This document shows, in pieces, positions 1 through 23,294 of a stretch of 38,511 nt of DNA. The notes under the pieces are model-generated. The model ran no database searches. It was not told where the DNA came from and saw only the letters and a list, made by a program, of their open reading frames with translations. The stretch lies in assembly GCA_030141605.1 (NCBI GenBank), contig JAQGDQ010000346.1, positions 1 to 38,511 on the forward strand, written 5' to 3'. The position numbers and the translations under genes are program-made. Each line of letters begins with the position of its first letter. Position 1 is the first letter of the stretch. The DNA is from Tubiluchus corallicola. Lineage: Eukaryota; Animalia; Priapulida.

Positions 1-211
1 AGGATTTGTGCCATCGTTAATTATAATGTTAAAAATAAGATATTCTCCCGCAGGCTGCTTGTACATTTCTGAGTGTGGTTTGTAGAAAAACGTGGATCAA
101 TTCTAGGTATGTATTATTTATACATGTACTGTATATATGTTGGTGTAATTTATACGGTATTGTTAGTAGCTTATGTCACCGGAGTCAGTAAAATGAAAAA
201 ACATCTTTCAG

Positions 212-1692
212 AGCCTCGATCTGAAATCCTCGCATGCTTGTCCTAGCAGTTCGCCGTCTTCAGGACCTAGCACAGGAATTGTCCTGTGTATAATGTAAGT
301 ACATATGTAGTCCAGCGTATGTACAGTTTTTATGCAGCACATTTAGTTCAGTCAGATAGGGTTTTAAGGTTAATGGTTGTCTCCCCAGGCACACAATAAT
401 GCCACCAAATGGTCACAAACTTGTCAGGATCTTGATAAAAATGTGTTCAGAAAATATTGTCACTAAGTTGGTACAATATAGGACATTTTTGCCCAATGTT
501 CACAATTGGAAACACATACTGTTAAACACACATGCTTGCAAAAACATTGTGACAGCCATTGGTACAATATTGTCGAGGTGACTGAACCTGTTTTATAACG
601 TGCTGACAATAATTTGGAAAAATAGCCAAAAAAGCGAGTTTTAGTTTATAAAAGAATATGTAAAAATACTTCTATTCATTTTTCTTATTTAAAATAGAGT
701 TTGCTATTTGGCAAAAAACCATACGCGAAAGATTAATGTTTTGGAGGTTGCTGTGTATGTTTCCCATTTCATATTGGTGCCGCCCCTAAAGAAGTCTTGA
801 TTTTTCTCTATTAAACTTTCTATAAGCTTTATTTTTTATACACATCGACACACTGCAAGTCAGAATGTAGCACTCGAAGGCAGGACCGACACACTTGCGG
901 CGCGACTGGAACCTTGTTCGTTATCAAAAATATCCTTTAATAAGCCAATAAACCAGCAGAGATGTCTCAGTCATGTTCGGACATGCATATGTCTTCTCTC
1001 TCTCTCTCTATGATGAAGATCAGTATGGCTCATAATTGTTCTTAAAGATTGTAATTTATAAACGAATGAAACTTTACAAATTAAAAAAATTATAAGAATT
1101 CTTTTTTCTTGCAGTTTATTTGTCACATTGTTCTGTTACTTGGTTTGCGGTGCTCGTTCAAGTTGCTCTTCAAGTATTTTTTTTAATATTGTGACATTAT
1201 AACGGAGTACTCCGCATTCTAATTTTTACGAAAAAAGCATTCCATGACAAGGGCAAATGGTGTTCTAAATGATGTATCAGGTCAGTTAGGCAGAAAAAAG
1301 GCAATGAGCAATTAACTCAATACTTCGCATTACAGACTAGTTATTCTTAATATCTTTATGGAATTATTATCATCACTAACATCGTCGTCATCATCATAAT
1401 CGTCGTCGTCGTCGTCGTCGTCATCATCATCATCATCATATAAAATCTAATTAAGCCTTTAATGTGACAACTTTAAAGTGTAATTATTCGAAATTGCAAG
1501 ATTTTGTAACGCAGAATGAATAGATTTGAAAGTAAAAAATATGCAGTTGATTTTATATTTCCCTGCTCAAAAACAGCTTGAGGTGTATTGAACATCAAAC
1601 GAAGAAGTTGGTTAATCAAAATGCATTTTCAGGATGGGTTTCTCTTTTCAACCAGTAAATTGCGGAAAAGCGGTTATGAAGAGTTTGACTGA
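212..1692 (+). CDS. 3' part of a mannose-6-phosphate receptor / ATG27-like type I membrane protein (5' exons upstream of the window; middle exon apparently truncated)
   Basis: Exon 212..294 (ttcag|...|gtaagt) = SLDLKSSHACPSSSPSSGPSTGIVLCI(I), matching the MRH-domain end 'L.S..AC' plus the start of the TM. Exon from 1115 (cttgcag|, phase 2) = ILFVTLFCYLVCGA. Terminal exon 1633..1692 (ttttcag|) = DGFLFSTSKLRKSGYEEFD*, with the family 'DG..F' motif and a YxxF sorting signal. AATAAA at 1946..1951. Confidence 0.7.
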
Positions 1693-2837
1693 TGCTACTG
1701 GAGCTTGAAGTTCAAATAATAGAAGATTTTTTGGTTGCTGTAAGAATCGTACTGAGAATCTACTTACTATTATAGTAATTGTATCTGCAAGTTGTTTATC
1801 GTCACGCTGCAGGCACTTTACATTCTATATCAAGTTATATTTCTAGATGGCATCATGCTATCAATTTCCCGTATGAATTTTTGTTGTACACAAATATAGA
1901 AGTATTGTCTCGTTTCTTGTATTAAAAGTTTCTAAAATTTTTGCCAATAAATAGCAAAGCCAATGGTCAGAGGTGAAATACATTTGGAATGGCTAAGTAA
2001 TGCTATGATTAACATTACCAAACATAATGAGATGGTTCACCTTAAGGTCCTTTTTGCCAGGGGTGCTAGAGTAAATTTAAGAGGCTGGGCAGCTTCACAA
2101 AAAGGGCATTTTAATGACGGTAATGATGGTGATGACGATGACAAGCTTATTGACCCCTAAATGAGGAACTTGTTTTGAATAATAATGACTGTCGTTAATT
2201 ATTATTAAACTAAATTACGTATAGATATTTCTCACTAGCTTAGACTATGGGGTTGTCTTTATATTTGTGTTGTAATTTTTAGAAAAGGGCCTTGTCTTTT
2301 CCCGTTCAGACCGGTTCGGGTTGGGCATCATCGCATGCCCGCGTGTCTGCACTCAGCTTTTTACACGACACGAATATGAAGTGATCAAGGTCAGCAGTCA
2401 AGGTATCCTCATTGGTTGTATGCAATAGTTTCAACAGAGCTTGTTTAAAACTATAACACTTACTAACCTAAAACACGACTGAATTCATGAACATGTAATG
2501 ATTACTTTTTGATCGTTGATCAGTATTATACAACATATTTGTCAGCCTTGTGAAACCCACAATGTAGTTCAAGCATTATTAATTTAGCACTATGTTGGTA
2601 CTGATCCTACTGGTAAAAGTAACCTATTCGCTGTTATCTCATCATGGCTTAGGCAAGCATTGTTGCTGGACCTCTTTGTTCAAAAAGTGTAAGCTTTTTC
2701 TCCTACATGCAGATAAAAACTCTAACACGACTTTGCATAACCAACATAGAATTCTTTAAAAAAATTACCCGTTTTCACATGCAAGTATAGTATCACATTG
2801 ATTTACGAATACCTGTTTATTTTAGTAATGTAGTCAA

Positions 2838-3014
2838 CAACTGCTGACGTCACTAAGCAATTGCTGCTATAGTTACCAAAAATCACAGATATTTTTAAAC
2901 AATTTGTCGAGTCTGCAAAACTGAAAGTCTCACAGTGGCGCTTTTGTTCACAGTGACGCCTCTAAGCTGACGTACGAAACAATTGCTGACGTCACTAAGC
3001 AACTGCTGACGTCA
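2838..3014. repeat. Dispersed ~20-bp unit (aactgctgacgtcactaagc) with TGACGTCA palindromes in the cathepsin 3'UTR
   Basis: TGACGTCA at 2845..2852, 2987..2994 and 3007..3014; degenerate copies at 2954 and 2968. Confidence 0.8.
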
Positions 3015-3050
3015 ACAAAGAGTGACATATGCTACAGCAGTCTCCTGGAG

Positions 3051-12889
<9,839 letters not shown>

Positions 12890-13163
12890 GTTGATCTAGT
12901 GGAAGTACTGGACAATTGCGTTTCCACACAATCATGCCCACACTGTAAGCGACAGTGTTAGCGCAGCACTACCTATCCTTGTCGTGTCTGAATCGGTACT
13001 ATCTAGGCTTTTACAAAATGTGTTAAACTACTTGTGCTGAAACTTCGGCAGGCTACTGAATTTATTATACATCCATGGTAACAGGTTTCTAGTTCCTTTA
13101 CAGAAATACAGTAAAATTACTTTGAAAGGTGCAAGGTAGTGACTGGTAATATGAACAAAGTCA

Positions 13164-13358
13164 TCACGTGAGGCGCTGGAAAAGTAGTGTACATATTTTC
13201 CTAAAAAACAAATTTATTTTTTAACGGACCAACTACCTGCCACCCCAGTTCTACTGATTGCTGGTGGATCTAAATTAAATCAGTGATTAAATCAGTATTC
13301 TCAGGTGTTGCACAATGACTCACATCTTTAGAATCAGCTTTTAAAGCAATCTGACTCA
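13164..13358. promoter_or_regulatory. Candidate cathepsin promoter elements: CLEAR/MiT-TFE-type E-box and two AP-1 sites in the head-to-head intergenic region
   Basis: TCACGTGA at 13164..13171, about 280 bp upstream of the cathepsin ATG; TGACTCA at 13316..13322 and 13352..13358. Motif matches only. Confidence 0.35.
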
Positions 13359-13585
13359 TCTGGAATAATTCATTAAGGCATGTGATAGATGGTAAAAATT
13401 GAGATTCAATCAGATAGTTGGGATGGATGACAGACAGTGATCTGTTTGAGGTTTTAGTTCCTTGCTGTCATCTATGGCACACAGTGGTAGGCACAACCTT
13501 CGTATTAATCATGGCTATATAATTTAACTGTTTGCATTTACTCATGTATAAAATGTATATATTTATTTTTGTGCCTAATAAATAT

Positions 13586-13716
<131 letters not shown>

Positions 13717-14729
13717 CATTAAATAGTTAATTAATGGACGAAGTATTTTACACAGTTGTCATAATTTTTATTTAGTTGTACGTTCTTATTTTTGTTTTAC
13801 ATAATTTAGAATTATAATTATCATGTAAATAATATTTATTTGCATAGTCTGCTAGACTGAAATAAGGTGACAATAATAAAAATAACATTAACAATCAGTC
13901 ATAAACTACAACCAACTTGAACTACAAGAGGATTAGTCCACTCTTTGATAACCATTTACTCACTAAGTAATTAACTAGCTGATTCGTTCACTTGTTGAAA
14001 TCAACTATTAAACTGGACTATAGTTATTTAACTTATTTTGAGGTATATGCTGTATTAGCTGCTGTTACATTCCGTTGATTAGGGCTTTCAAGTCTGGAAA
14101 AATGTTTCGCATCTCGTTTGGGCATCTGTATCACTAGAATTTGCAATCCGTGTTGGTCTACCGTAACTGTCAAGCATTTGGAATACAGATGGCCACTCAA
14201 TATAGATGAACACCTTCACTTTTGGTCTAGCGAAAAAATACGTATAAAGCCTAGCGCTCACAAGCAGTCTTTATTAGTACAAAGTTCTTACGGGGTGCAA
14301 AGGTCGTTCTACAGGCACTTCATGCTAAAACATTCAGCTCTGGTGTATAGGCACTATACGCAGATTAAAACACTGCTCCTGTGGCAGCACCAATTCAAGA
14401 AATTATAAAGTGCAACTAAGACAATCTATAAGGTATTTTCTTAAAATTTAGAAACGAATGTTGCAATTAGTTATTAAGTGGGTCTGCACCTCGCAGATCA
14501 AAGTGTCATGTGTAATAACGCAACGTTCTTGAAGTGTACTTTGCTATTGTATCAACCTTATGATGAAAAGTGTTTGTGCACACGAAGAAGCGATGGAAAA
14601 AACCATCTGATAAAGATTTATTTTACAAACACACGTAACAATGAACAAACGTACTCGTCCCGCGTGGTGTGGCTAGAAACATTTTTACTAATTGTGTTTT
14701 GAATAACAGCAATTCCAAAAGAAAAAAGG

Positions 14730-15592
14730 ATGAAGTCGAAGAAAAGTCAATGGCCATCTCGTTCTTTCAGAGCCAGATGGCACAGAGTTCCAGTGGAATT
14801 TCGCTTTCTCGCAGCTTGGATTATCATACTGTTTTTCAGCTCGCTAACATATTTTTCTATACTTACTGGGAAAGTGGTACACGTGAGTGTTGAAGCTGAG
14901 GATTTTCCTCAACCCATCCACATTAAATACTGGATAGTTGAAGACTTGCAGCCCAACTGCGTGCTGACTTTGCCAAAATGGGACTCTCTGAAAGTGGGTG
15001 CAAGTTTAGGAGAAAGGTGCATGGCCTGGGCTCAGTGGTTTAAACTTTCACAACTGATGAGTATAGTGGAGAGTGTCTTTGCGGCAGAAAAAATCCGTTT
15101 CTTTCTTGGAGGAGATGCTCTTTTAGGTTGGTGTTTGTTCAGTACAAACAGAACAAAGAACGCGCAATGCGTAGTCCATTCTGCATTAATTGTAAACGAA
15201 TTTTGGCTATCAAATTAAGTCTAATTCCTACGACGATTTTGAAGCCTTAAATGTAAACCTGTGTAAATCTATTTTACACGCAAATTCAAAATCAACAAAC
15301 ATGCAATAAGGAGTAAGTTTGGATGATAAGCCTTTGTACTGATATCTTATGCAGAATAATAGGGCACTGAACACGTCACCAATGCACCTAGAACAACCCT
15401 TGTACACGCCGCACACACAGATTCCCTTAACCAATATGATCTAGGAAAATACAGCTGAGCCACTTTCATAGAGGAACTACTAAACTATATCGGTTTTATA
15501 TGTGGAGCATTAAGAGAACCGCAACAAAATCTGTTATTAGCAGTTAAGAACAAGCTGCACAATAACTGTCCGCATAGACGGGAAACTGGCAT

Positions 15593-15662
<70 letters not shown>

Positions 15663-17184
15663 TAACAATAATAGTGAAGGCAACAAATTAAGGCTCTACT
15701 GTAAACTTAAAAATGCGTATATGTTCGTGAATTATCTGTTACTCAATTCAATACCACAACACGAAACTGCATTCACTAAAATTATGCCTTAGCTCACACA
15801 CACTAGCTATAGAAACAGGAAGACATCACAAACCACATAAGACAGCACTTGAACAACGAATTTGTCAACATTGCTATCTAGATGAAATAGAAGGTGAATC
15901 ACATAGCCTATGTTACTATCTACGTACAATGTTACTATGATACATCTTCCTTTTCCAATTATAACTTGTGCCCAGACTTCTCTAATGTGTCAAATGAAAA
16001 CATATTAATATTTTTCCAAGAATCAATGAAACTACAGCTTTCGTTTGTGAATTTGTATTTGAGTGCTTTATCAATAGAAACCTAAATTAAAGTACATACT
16101 CATATATTATATAAAATAGTAATTTTATAAGTATATATCTTTAGAATATCAGCTGCCTAATATCTGTCAACATTAGTAATTATTTCATAAATCATAACTG
16201 AACAGGTACAAGAGGAGCAATCTTTGAAGCAATTTTATAAAACATGGCGAGTGGAAGAGCAGCACTCAGCATTTTCATGGAGAAATCTCTGTTTTCGGAC
16301 TTGTGTTAATGCATCGAATGTGCGCTTGGTCGATTTTGTCTTAGTATTCATAAATTATCTCAAAAATCAGTGAACGAACGAACGAATGCACAAAAGAATT
16401 GTTGAATGAACAGACGAATGGATGAATGAGCGAATGAAAGTGAGTGAATATGCTAATGAACAAATTCTCAAACAAAATAATGAACTGAGGGCCGGGTAGT
16501 CTACTTACAACAATAATAAACTAAAAACAACGCCAATACTGCTAATGCTGTGTAAGCAGGCATTCAAAATTGACTAAAATGTCAAATTTTTACGTATACC
16601 TAATAGACTTACAATTCTTTTTTTTAATTGCAGGCTCTTATCTGTCTCATAACTTCTTCCCATTCCTTGGTAGGCACACAATCGACTTATATATACCTGA
16701 AGTGGATGGAACACGAGCAGTGATGCATCTTAGCTACCTAGAACCCGATTTCACAATGAAACTTTCAAATGAAACTATTACACTGACTTATGCCGGCTCC
16801 AAACAGGCACATGGAGATAGAAATATACTGAATTTAGTAATAGGTTTTGCGTACGAAACGCGTGACAAAGTAATGATACCGGTTGAGCCTAGTATCAAAA
16901 AGATGGCAAAAATTGAAAAAAATGTTATATTTCCATTGAAGATGAGACCTTTTGGAAAACTTTGGGTACCCATTCCGAATAATACTGTAAAATTTTTAAA
17001 CAACATTCGTTCAGTACATCCAGGTGGCTCTGAATTAGCGTGGAGCGTCTTTAACAATGGGTGTTCTGTGTTAAAAAGGACATTTCCGTGTGTGGAACGG
17101 GAAAACGGAAGTGAGCTTTTGTTTTATGGCGAAAATGTATTGCACGAATGTTTTTTGCCAAATAAAGTTTATGATGCTACTTAG
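14730..17184 (+). CDS. LicD-family (fukutin/FKRP-related) type II membrane protein, copy A, catalytically degenerate; 315 aa
   Basis: join(14730..15126,16634..17184), phase-1 intron (TTA G|gttgg ... ttgcag|GC TCT). Basic tail plus TM FLAAWIIILFFSSLTYFSIL; FFLGGDALLGSY; IFPLKMRPFGKLWVPIPNNTVKFL; CSVLKRTFPCVER. The PWDDDxD motif is replaced by PFLGRHTID. Acceptor-like aacag at 14705..14709 suggests a 5'UTR intron. Confidence 0.85.
15595..15661. repeat. (AT)n microsatellite
   Basis: Directly visible. Confidence 0.97.
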
Positions 17185-17673
17185 CAAAATTGATAAATTA
17201 ATGATTATGTGCATATTTTATAAGTGTATGCTACTACGCCGAGACACCGACAAATCTAGAAAAAAAAATCATTCTAATGTTCTGGGATAAAAAAGCTTGT
17301 AAATGATAATTCTATCAGCAAGGGGTGTTATCTCGATCATGACAATTTACTGGGCTGAGACGTAATACTTGTGTTTTAAAAGATCAGATAAAGAGTACAG
17401 TTTTATTGTACTCAATTTTCCAGCCATGCCTGTTTCTTTAAAACTAATAGCTGACTTTAGATAAAATTTTTTACAATATGAAAGACACCTCTTTCAGTTA
17501 CTTTAATTTGAAAATAACATGATCTTACTTTGCGGGCACTTTTCAATCAGATGAATAGATTGTTTCAGAATGTTTGTTTTGGTTACTAATTTACTAATTA
17601 TTAAAACAGACGTTCACACCCTGTAAAGTTATGTAACTATTTTTCTCGGTTACCAGAAAATCGCCATGCTTTC

Positions 17674-17955
<282 letters not shown>

Positions 17956-19827
17956 TTGGCACTGGTTCTCAACACGGAATTCGAAAAATCACTTTCTGCT
18001 GCATTTACACTAACAAAAAACTAAAATTGCTAACTACACGCAAGATCTAGCAAACAAAACCACAACGAACTCTCAAGACTGCGATGTATTTCAAAATTCC
18101 GGAGCTTACATAATATTCATGAAAAAATATCACAAAATTAGCTGTGTATTTTTTTTGTAAAAACTTCTTATATTTTTGGCGGAAATCGACAGCTCGTCGC
18201 TTTTTTACAGCCGATGAAGGATGTCGTTGGTTGAAAGCTGGGCGTTCAAAACGGAAGCGCACAAGCATAAAATGATCGCAACTTTAAAGAGATTTCACTA
18301 ATTACACGTGGCGCTTGTCACACTTTTGTTACTAAATCTTTCTAACATTTTTCACAAAGACCGAAATAAGGCTTAGTTTTTAGAAGGCTTGGCTTTTCCA
18401 TTCAACTATTCAAATATTTAGTCATGAAATATAACACAAGCTCAACTCTTGATCTGACAGAGCAACATGACTTTTTATGAAAAAGTTATTCATTTTAAGA
18501 AACATAAGATAAAAGCAACTTTCTGATTGTGCAGTTTTTTATACTTTTTAAAACGAGTTTGTAATAATACGCCTCAAAATAGTGTGCACGCAGTTATGGT
18601 TTATTGTTTATTAAAATAAGTGAAGCATAATTTTTTTAAGTTTGTTTTTCATTGCAGAAGCTGAGTTACGTGAAATGTGTTTTACTAATCGAGAGTCACT
18701 ACAATAGGCTTAATAAAGGACAAGAAAAGAGGCACCTGAAGTAGGTTTCAGAAAAATTGCCTTAAAAAATTATACTACTTTACAGCAATTTTATGCACAT
18801 ATCGTGTTGAGAGGAATTTTCGTTTGTTTTCATTTTAAATCTCCCGCAATACTGTTCCGACGGCGCCATTATATGATGTCACTACACCACGTAAATCAGG
18901 GGAAGAAAGGACAACGTTAAATTGTGACCCAAAAAACTTTCCGTGTAAATCTATATTACTTAGAGTTTCACTTACCTGCTGGAAAGACTTATGTAACTAG
19001 ACTAATAATTTAAAATGTTTGTACCAATTGGTAAAATGCCGCTGACTCACTTAGTCAAAAACTTATTTTTAATCTTATTGACGAGATACAATAATTTAAA
19101 ATTTTACTTAATTAGCAACATGTATGCTACGAATGCTCTGATTATTTTTTCAAACTTTACTTAATATTATCAAGACTTGTTTCAAACGACCTACTTTAAA
19201 ATGGCTACGCTTAACGGTCATCGCGGGAGTTTAAATTTACACCTTTTATACAGACGATGCAAGCCATGCATACGTAAAAGTAGTATGTAAGTGGTATAAA
19301 ATTTCGAAGCGAATTTTTTAAGCTTTATGTAAGTGGAGGGTTTTCTTGTGCTTTAAATTTTACTGTTAAATTTTGGGATTTTCTGTCTGATTTCCTAATG
19401 ACAAGAATTCAATTTGCCATGTTAATAAAGAACGATATGATAATAGCAGCGCGGCTGTCTTGGTAAAATGTAATCGATCACCTTGAAGCAGTTTCCTAGA
19501 GTTTGCCCACTATTTACTGATTAGATTTGTTTTTTCAGTGTTAAGTTTCATTTAGTCAATGATAACAACAATACAACAAAGACGTCATATCTACTCTTAT
19601 AAAATTAGGGAGAGCTTTTATAAGAGAAACAGAGATACAGAAAGCAAAAAGTAAGCTCCAGCTCTTTATGGGTTGTATCGGGACCGGACAAAGGTACTTA
19701 TGAAAGATAATCCTTTGTAATGAGACAATGAAGCGACATAGGTGCTCTATCCCCGTTTTCACATGTGAATGTCTTTTCCCAAAGAAAAGCAGCTGGAGGT
19801 AATGTGGTATGGCAAGACCACCAAAAA

Positions 19828-19888
19828 TCAGTTCTCCCAGGTGTCGCCCAACCGATTACTAATCAGGCCTGACACTGCTTAATTTCAC
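19828..19888 (-). mobile_element. 5S rRNA-derived fragment (SINE3-like or 5S pseudogene)
   Basis: The reverse complement GTGAAATTAAGCAGTGTCAGGCCTGATTAGTAATCGGTTGGGCGACACCTGGGAGAACTG aligns with 5S box A / IE / box C (GAAGTTAAGCA...GGCCTGGTTAGTACTTGGATGGGAGACCGCCTGGGAA). Confidence 0.75.
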
Positions 19889-19944
19889 TACTTGAGCACA
19901 CGCTATGAATACTCAGCTAAAGATTCCTCTCACTCGAATATATA

Positions 19945-20120
19945 GATTTGTACGACAAAGTCAAGGAACAAAAATTGACCATGAAGATGAAAGGCAGAAG
20001 ACTTAACTGGGTGTGGGTCATGTTATGAGATTGCCGGAAGACAGTCCACTTGTTAAAGCTTTCCATGGATCAATTCAACTACATTTATTAAAGAAGTCAA
20101 GGGTAGGTAGATTGCTCACG
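19945..20120 (+). mobile_element. RTE-clade LINE ORF2 C-terminal remnant
   Basis: Translates DLYDKVKEQKLTMKMKGRRLNWV/(frameshift)GHVMRLPEDSPLVKAF, then KKSRVGR. This matches the RTE 'RRL.W.GHV.R ... R..GRP' signature. Confidence 0.7.
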
Positions 20121-21445
20121 TGCATCTTAGTGGAGCATCTCTAATTTGGAAAGATACTTCATCATGAAGAGTAGCGAATGAACGTAAAGTGACGGTGTAA
20201 TGGACTTGGACGATTGATACACGCCATATGTTTGATTGATTTATGACGACAGAATAACTTCAGCCGCAGAATTAATTCAAAAACAAATAAATTCGAAATT
20301 TTTGGTTTGTTTCGCGTAAAACCTTCTTTTGTTCAGATACGAATGTCATCTAGTACAGAATGTACACGAATCACCCAAATAGTTACTAAATAACGTAACA
20401 CTATGGAGTTTGTTGTACCAAATTTGTTGTATTGCATTATTTGCGTGTTATTTTCAAATAAAACTCAAATTTTATTGGTTCTATTGTGCTGTGTTGTTTA
20501 TTATATTATTATTATTGTAAAAACCCACTAAACATTCTTCGTGGTTTTACCCACCTAATAGACCATGGTGGAAATTCATTGTAAAACTTTTGCACGCTTA
20601 TTGGAACAAAATGCCGCCAGGTATAAAAATGTCAAACTATATACGTCACTGGTTTAAAACATACATCATTACTACTCACTACTCAGTCACGTTGTGAAAT
20701 TTTTGACGTCATTCTGATGAGTGAATCAGCTTTGTTTCATGAACTAGTCCATCGGTCCACTGTCTATAGCTAACTTGAGTCTATAAAGTAATTTACATCG
20801 GAAGACTACTGGGGAACGTTTACAGTCCAAAGTCCCACCCAGACACGCATTTGCAGTGCAGACACACTGTATGTTAGGGCGTCAGTTCAAGCTTACTAAT
20901 GAGTTACCTGTTTCATTAGTTAAACAGGCAAATCTTTCTATTATAAGTGAGAACATTTGTTTAAATATACGGTTTTTTGCAGCCAGCATCACGTTTTTTT
21001 ATTCTCTAATTCTTACTGTTGGTGTTTTTAACTTAGCACTTATCGGATCATACAGGTAAAGGCAGGTAAGTTTGTTTCGGTAAAGCAAGTGTTGCTGTAG
21101 ATTGTAAAATTATAATGACAAATTAATGACCTAAAAAGCAGCAAAAATTTAAAAAATAATGAACTTGAGAACATTTCAAATGATTTATTTTACTTCATAT
21201 AAATACCTATAACGTAGAAGCGACATTTTATGAATTTGCATTATTGCTCATATAGTACCAGGTGTTTCAAAAGTTCCTAATTGTTAACGAAATTAATAAC
21301 TATTACAAGAGGAACCAAGTGACAATTTGGTTGCAGTGTGCACACTTCATGAGAGCTTTCGTGGCATCAAATTTCGCTTCATTTCTACATACCAATCCTT
21401 TTCCTACATATAGTCGTGCAGTGATTTCACACCATCGTTTTAGAG

Positions 21446-21773
21446 CAGTGGTTCCCAAAGTAGGGGTAAATTACCCCCGGGGGTAATATGGGTTTTTTGG
21501 GGGGTAACGGGCACCTCTCTGAAAATTTTTAAAACTTCGCTCGGAATGCATTTTACGTAGTTTTCTTCTTGAAGAGACTGCCTTTTGGCAACGATACAAC
21601 AACAACACCTGGAAATTTATTTATGTCACGAGCAAACATAAATAATTTTGCTTGCTTGTGGCATATACGTGTGTTTACTTTTTGAGTTGGAGAAGTAGTA
21701 CTAGGTGGGGGGTAATGGACACGACCGGGTTTCCCGATTTGGGTAACGGTCCGAGAAAGTTTGGAAACCACTG
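21446..21773. mobile_element. hAT (Charlie-like) MITE, 328 bp
   Basis: TIRs CAGTGGTTCCCAAA / TTTGGAAACCACTG (13/14 match); perfect 8-bp TSD TTTTAGAG at 21438..21445 and 21774..21781. Confidence 0.93.
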
Positions 21774-22163
21774 TTTTAGAGCTACCATGACATCAGAAGA
21801 AAACAGGGTAAAATTTCAAATGTAGACTCGCAGATCTCTCACTTGCTGAGCAATAAATTACCGCAAGACAAACGTCGTTGGCCGATTAACCCCACAGAAA
21901 ATTGAAAATCAAATATATATATATATATATATATTAATTCTTTATTTGTCATTAAAATGGCTCACTCATTATAATAAAATTGAGTAATCTTCAGCGTAAT
22001 GTTAAAATAACAACACTGTTCAAGACAAATGCGTCCAGTGCAGACTAAAAAAAATACTAAAGTGCAAAACTAAGGCCTAATTATATACAATAAATGAACA
22101 TATTTACAAACACAATATTAAAATATTTTTACAAAACAATATTACAAAAGTACATTAAATTTT

Positions 22164-22235
22164 ACATGACATATTTTACACTATATATACATTTAACATG
22201 ACATATTTTACACTATATATACATTTAACATGACA
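22164..22235. repeat. 32-bp tandem duplication
   Basis: acatgacatattttacactatatatacattta at 22164 and 22196, with a partial copy at 22228. Confidence 0.9.
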
Positions 22236-22486
22236 CAATTAACAGAAACATGCTTTACATTACATAAATTTCACTCATTACATTTACACTATTTATACAT
22301 TTGACATTACAAAACTGAACATAATACGTATTACAACATTACACGTTTTTTAAAAATAAGGGAGAGACTTTTGGAAACACCCCATTTTCTCAATTGCATG
22401 CACAATACCTAGAACTACTCTTACGCTTGTCAGTTATGACAATGAAAATTCTCTGTAAACATGAAATAGATCTATAACAATAGTCA

Positions 22487-22990
22487 CAGTGGCGGCTAGT
22501 GTATAGGTACTGTGGTACTGCAGCACCCCATGTTTTCACTCATTATGATTGATAATATTCAATATAATAAAATTTTATCTTTAGTTCTTTCCTTATACTT
22601 GTGGGGGAACCGGGGCACGTGAGGGAAGTACAATTTGCTTAACAGCCCAAAGAACGCGGTCTGTTAACGACCCACATGTCAGAGATAACACGCTGTACTT
22701 TAGGTAGAAAGAGTACTGTCGCTCACAGCAGTACATGTTGTCAGTTGTCACATGCTTAAAAACCATGTATCGGCATATTCTTGAACTGGCTATTTAGACT
22801 ATTCGTTAGAAAACAATATTTTTTGTGTAGAAGTTTATCATGGTTACGTTTAAATTAGTTTGTTTGTTTATAATACTTACGTTTATTATAATTACATATG
22901 TTTGTTTCGTTTTACACAGTATCAAAACAATGGCTAAAAATTTTTCTATTTTGCAGCACCCCCACTAATTATAGCTACGAGCCGCCACTA
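22487..22990. mobile_element. hAT-like MITE (CAGTGGCGG termini), about 500 bp
   Basis: CAGTGGCGGCT ... AGCCGCCACTA terminal inverted repeats, with TGCAGCACCCC near both ends. The flanking 8-mers match only partly (aatagtca / aatacaaa), so the insertion is older. Confidence 0.7.
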
Positions 22991-23294
22991 AATACAAAAT
23001 CATATTACTAAACTGATATGCAGGTTAGAAGTGAGAATGTTGAGAAGTAATATTTATTATGATTTTCACTTTTAAAGGCTTGACCATCCCCTTTCAGAAT
23101 TAAATTTTGCACTTTGGGCATTGTTATGCAAGAGATTTGATTAACAGCTTATGAAATCTTGTTTATAGTAATAATAATACTAATAAGCTTCTTTAGTACA
23201 TCAAATACTTATACAAATACATCAGAAACTAATACTTATTTCCGTACTTTGATTATTGCCCGTATCATACTTTGATACATCTGTGGGTTTAATC

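Noticed and set aside
54-110. Exon-like segment (cgcag|...|gtatgt) as an upstream M6PR-like exon
   Set aside because: The strong donor gives a phase incompatible with the 212..294 exon, and only a weak donor at 110/111 fits. The peptide lacks recognisable MRH motifs, so this is left unresolved.
19828-19888. Functional 5S rRNA gene
   Set aside because: Only about half of the gene is present, with many substitutions.
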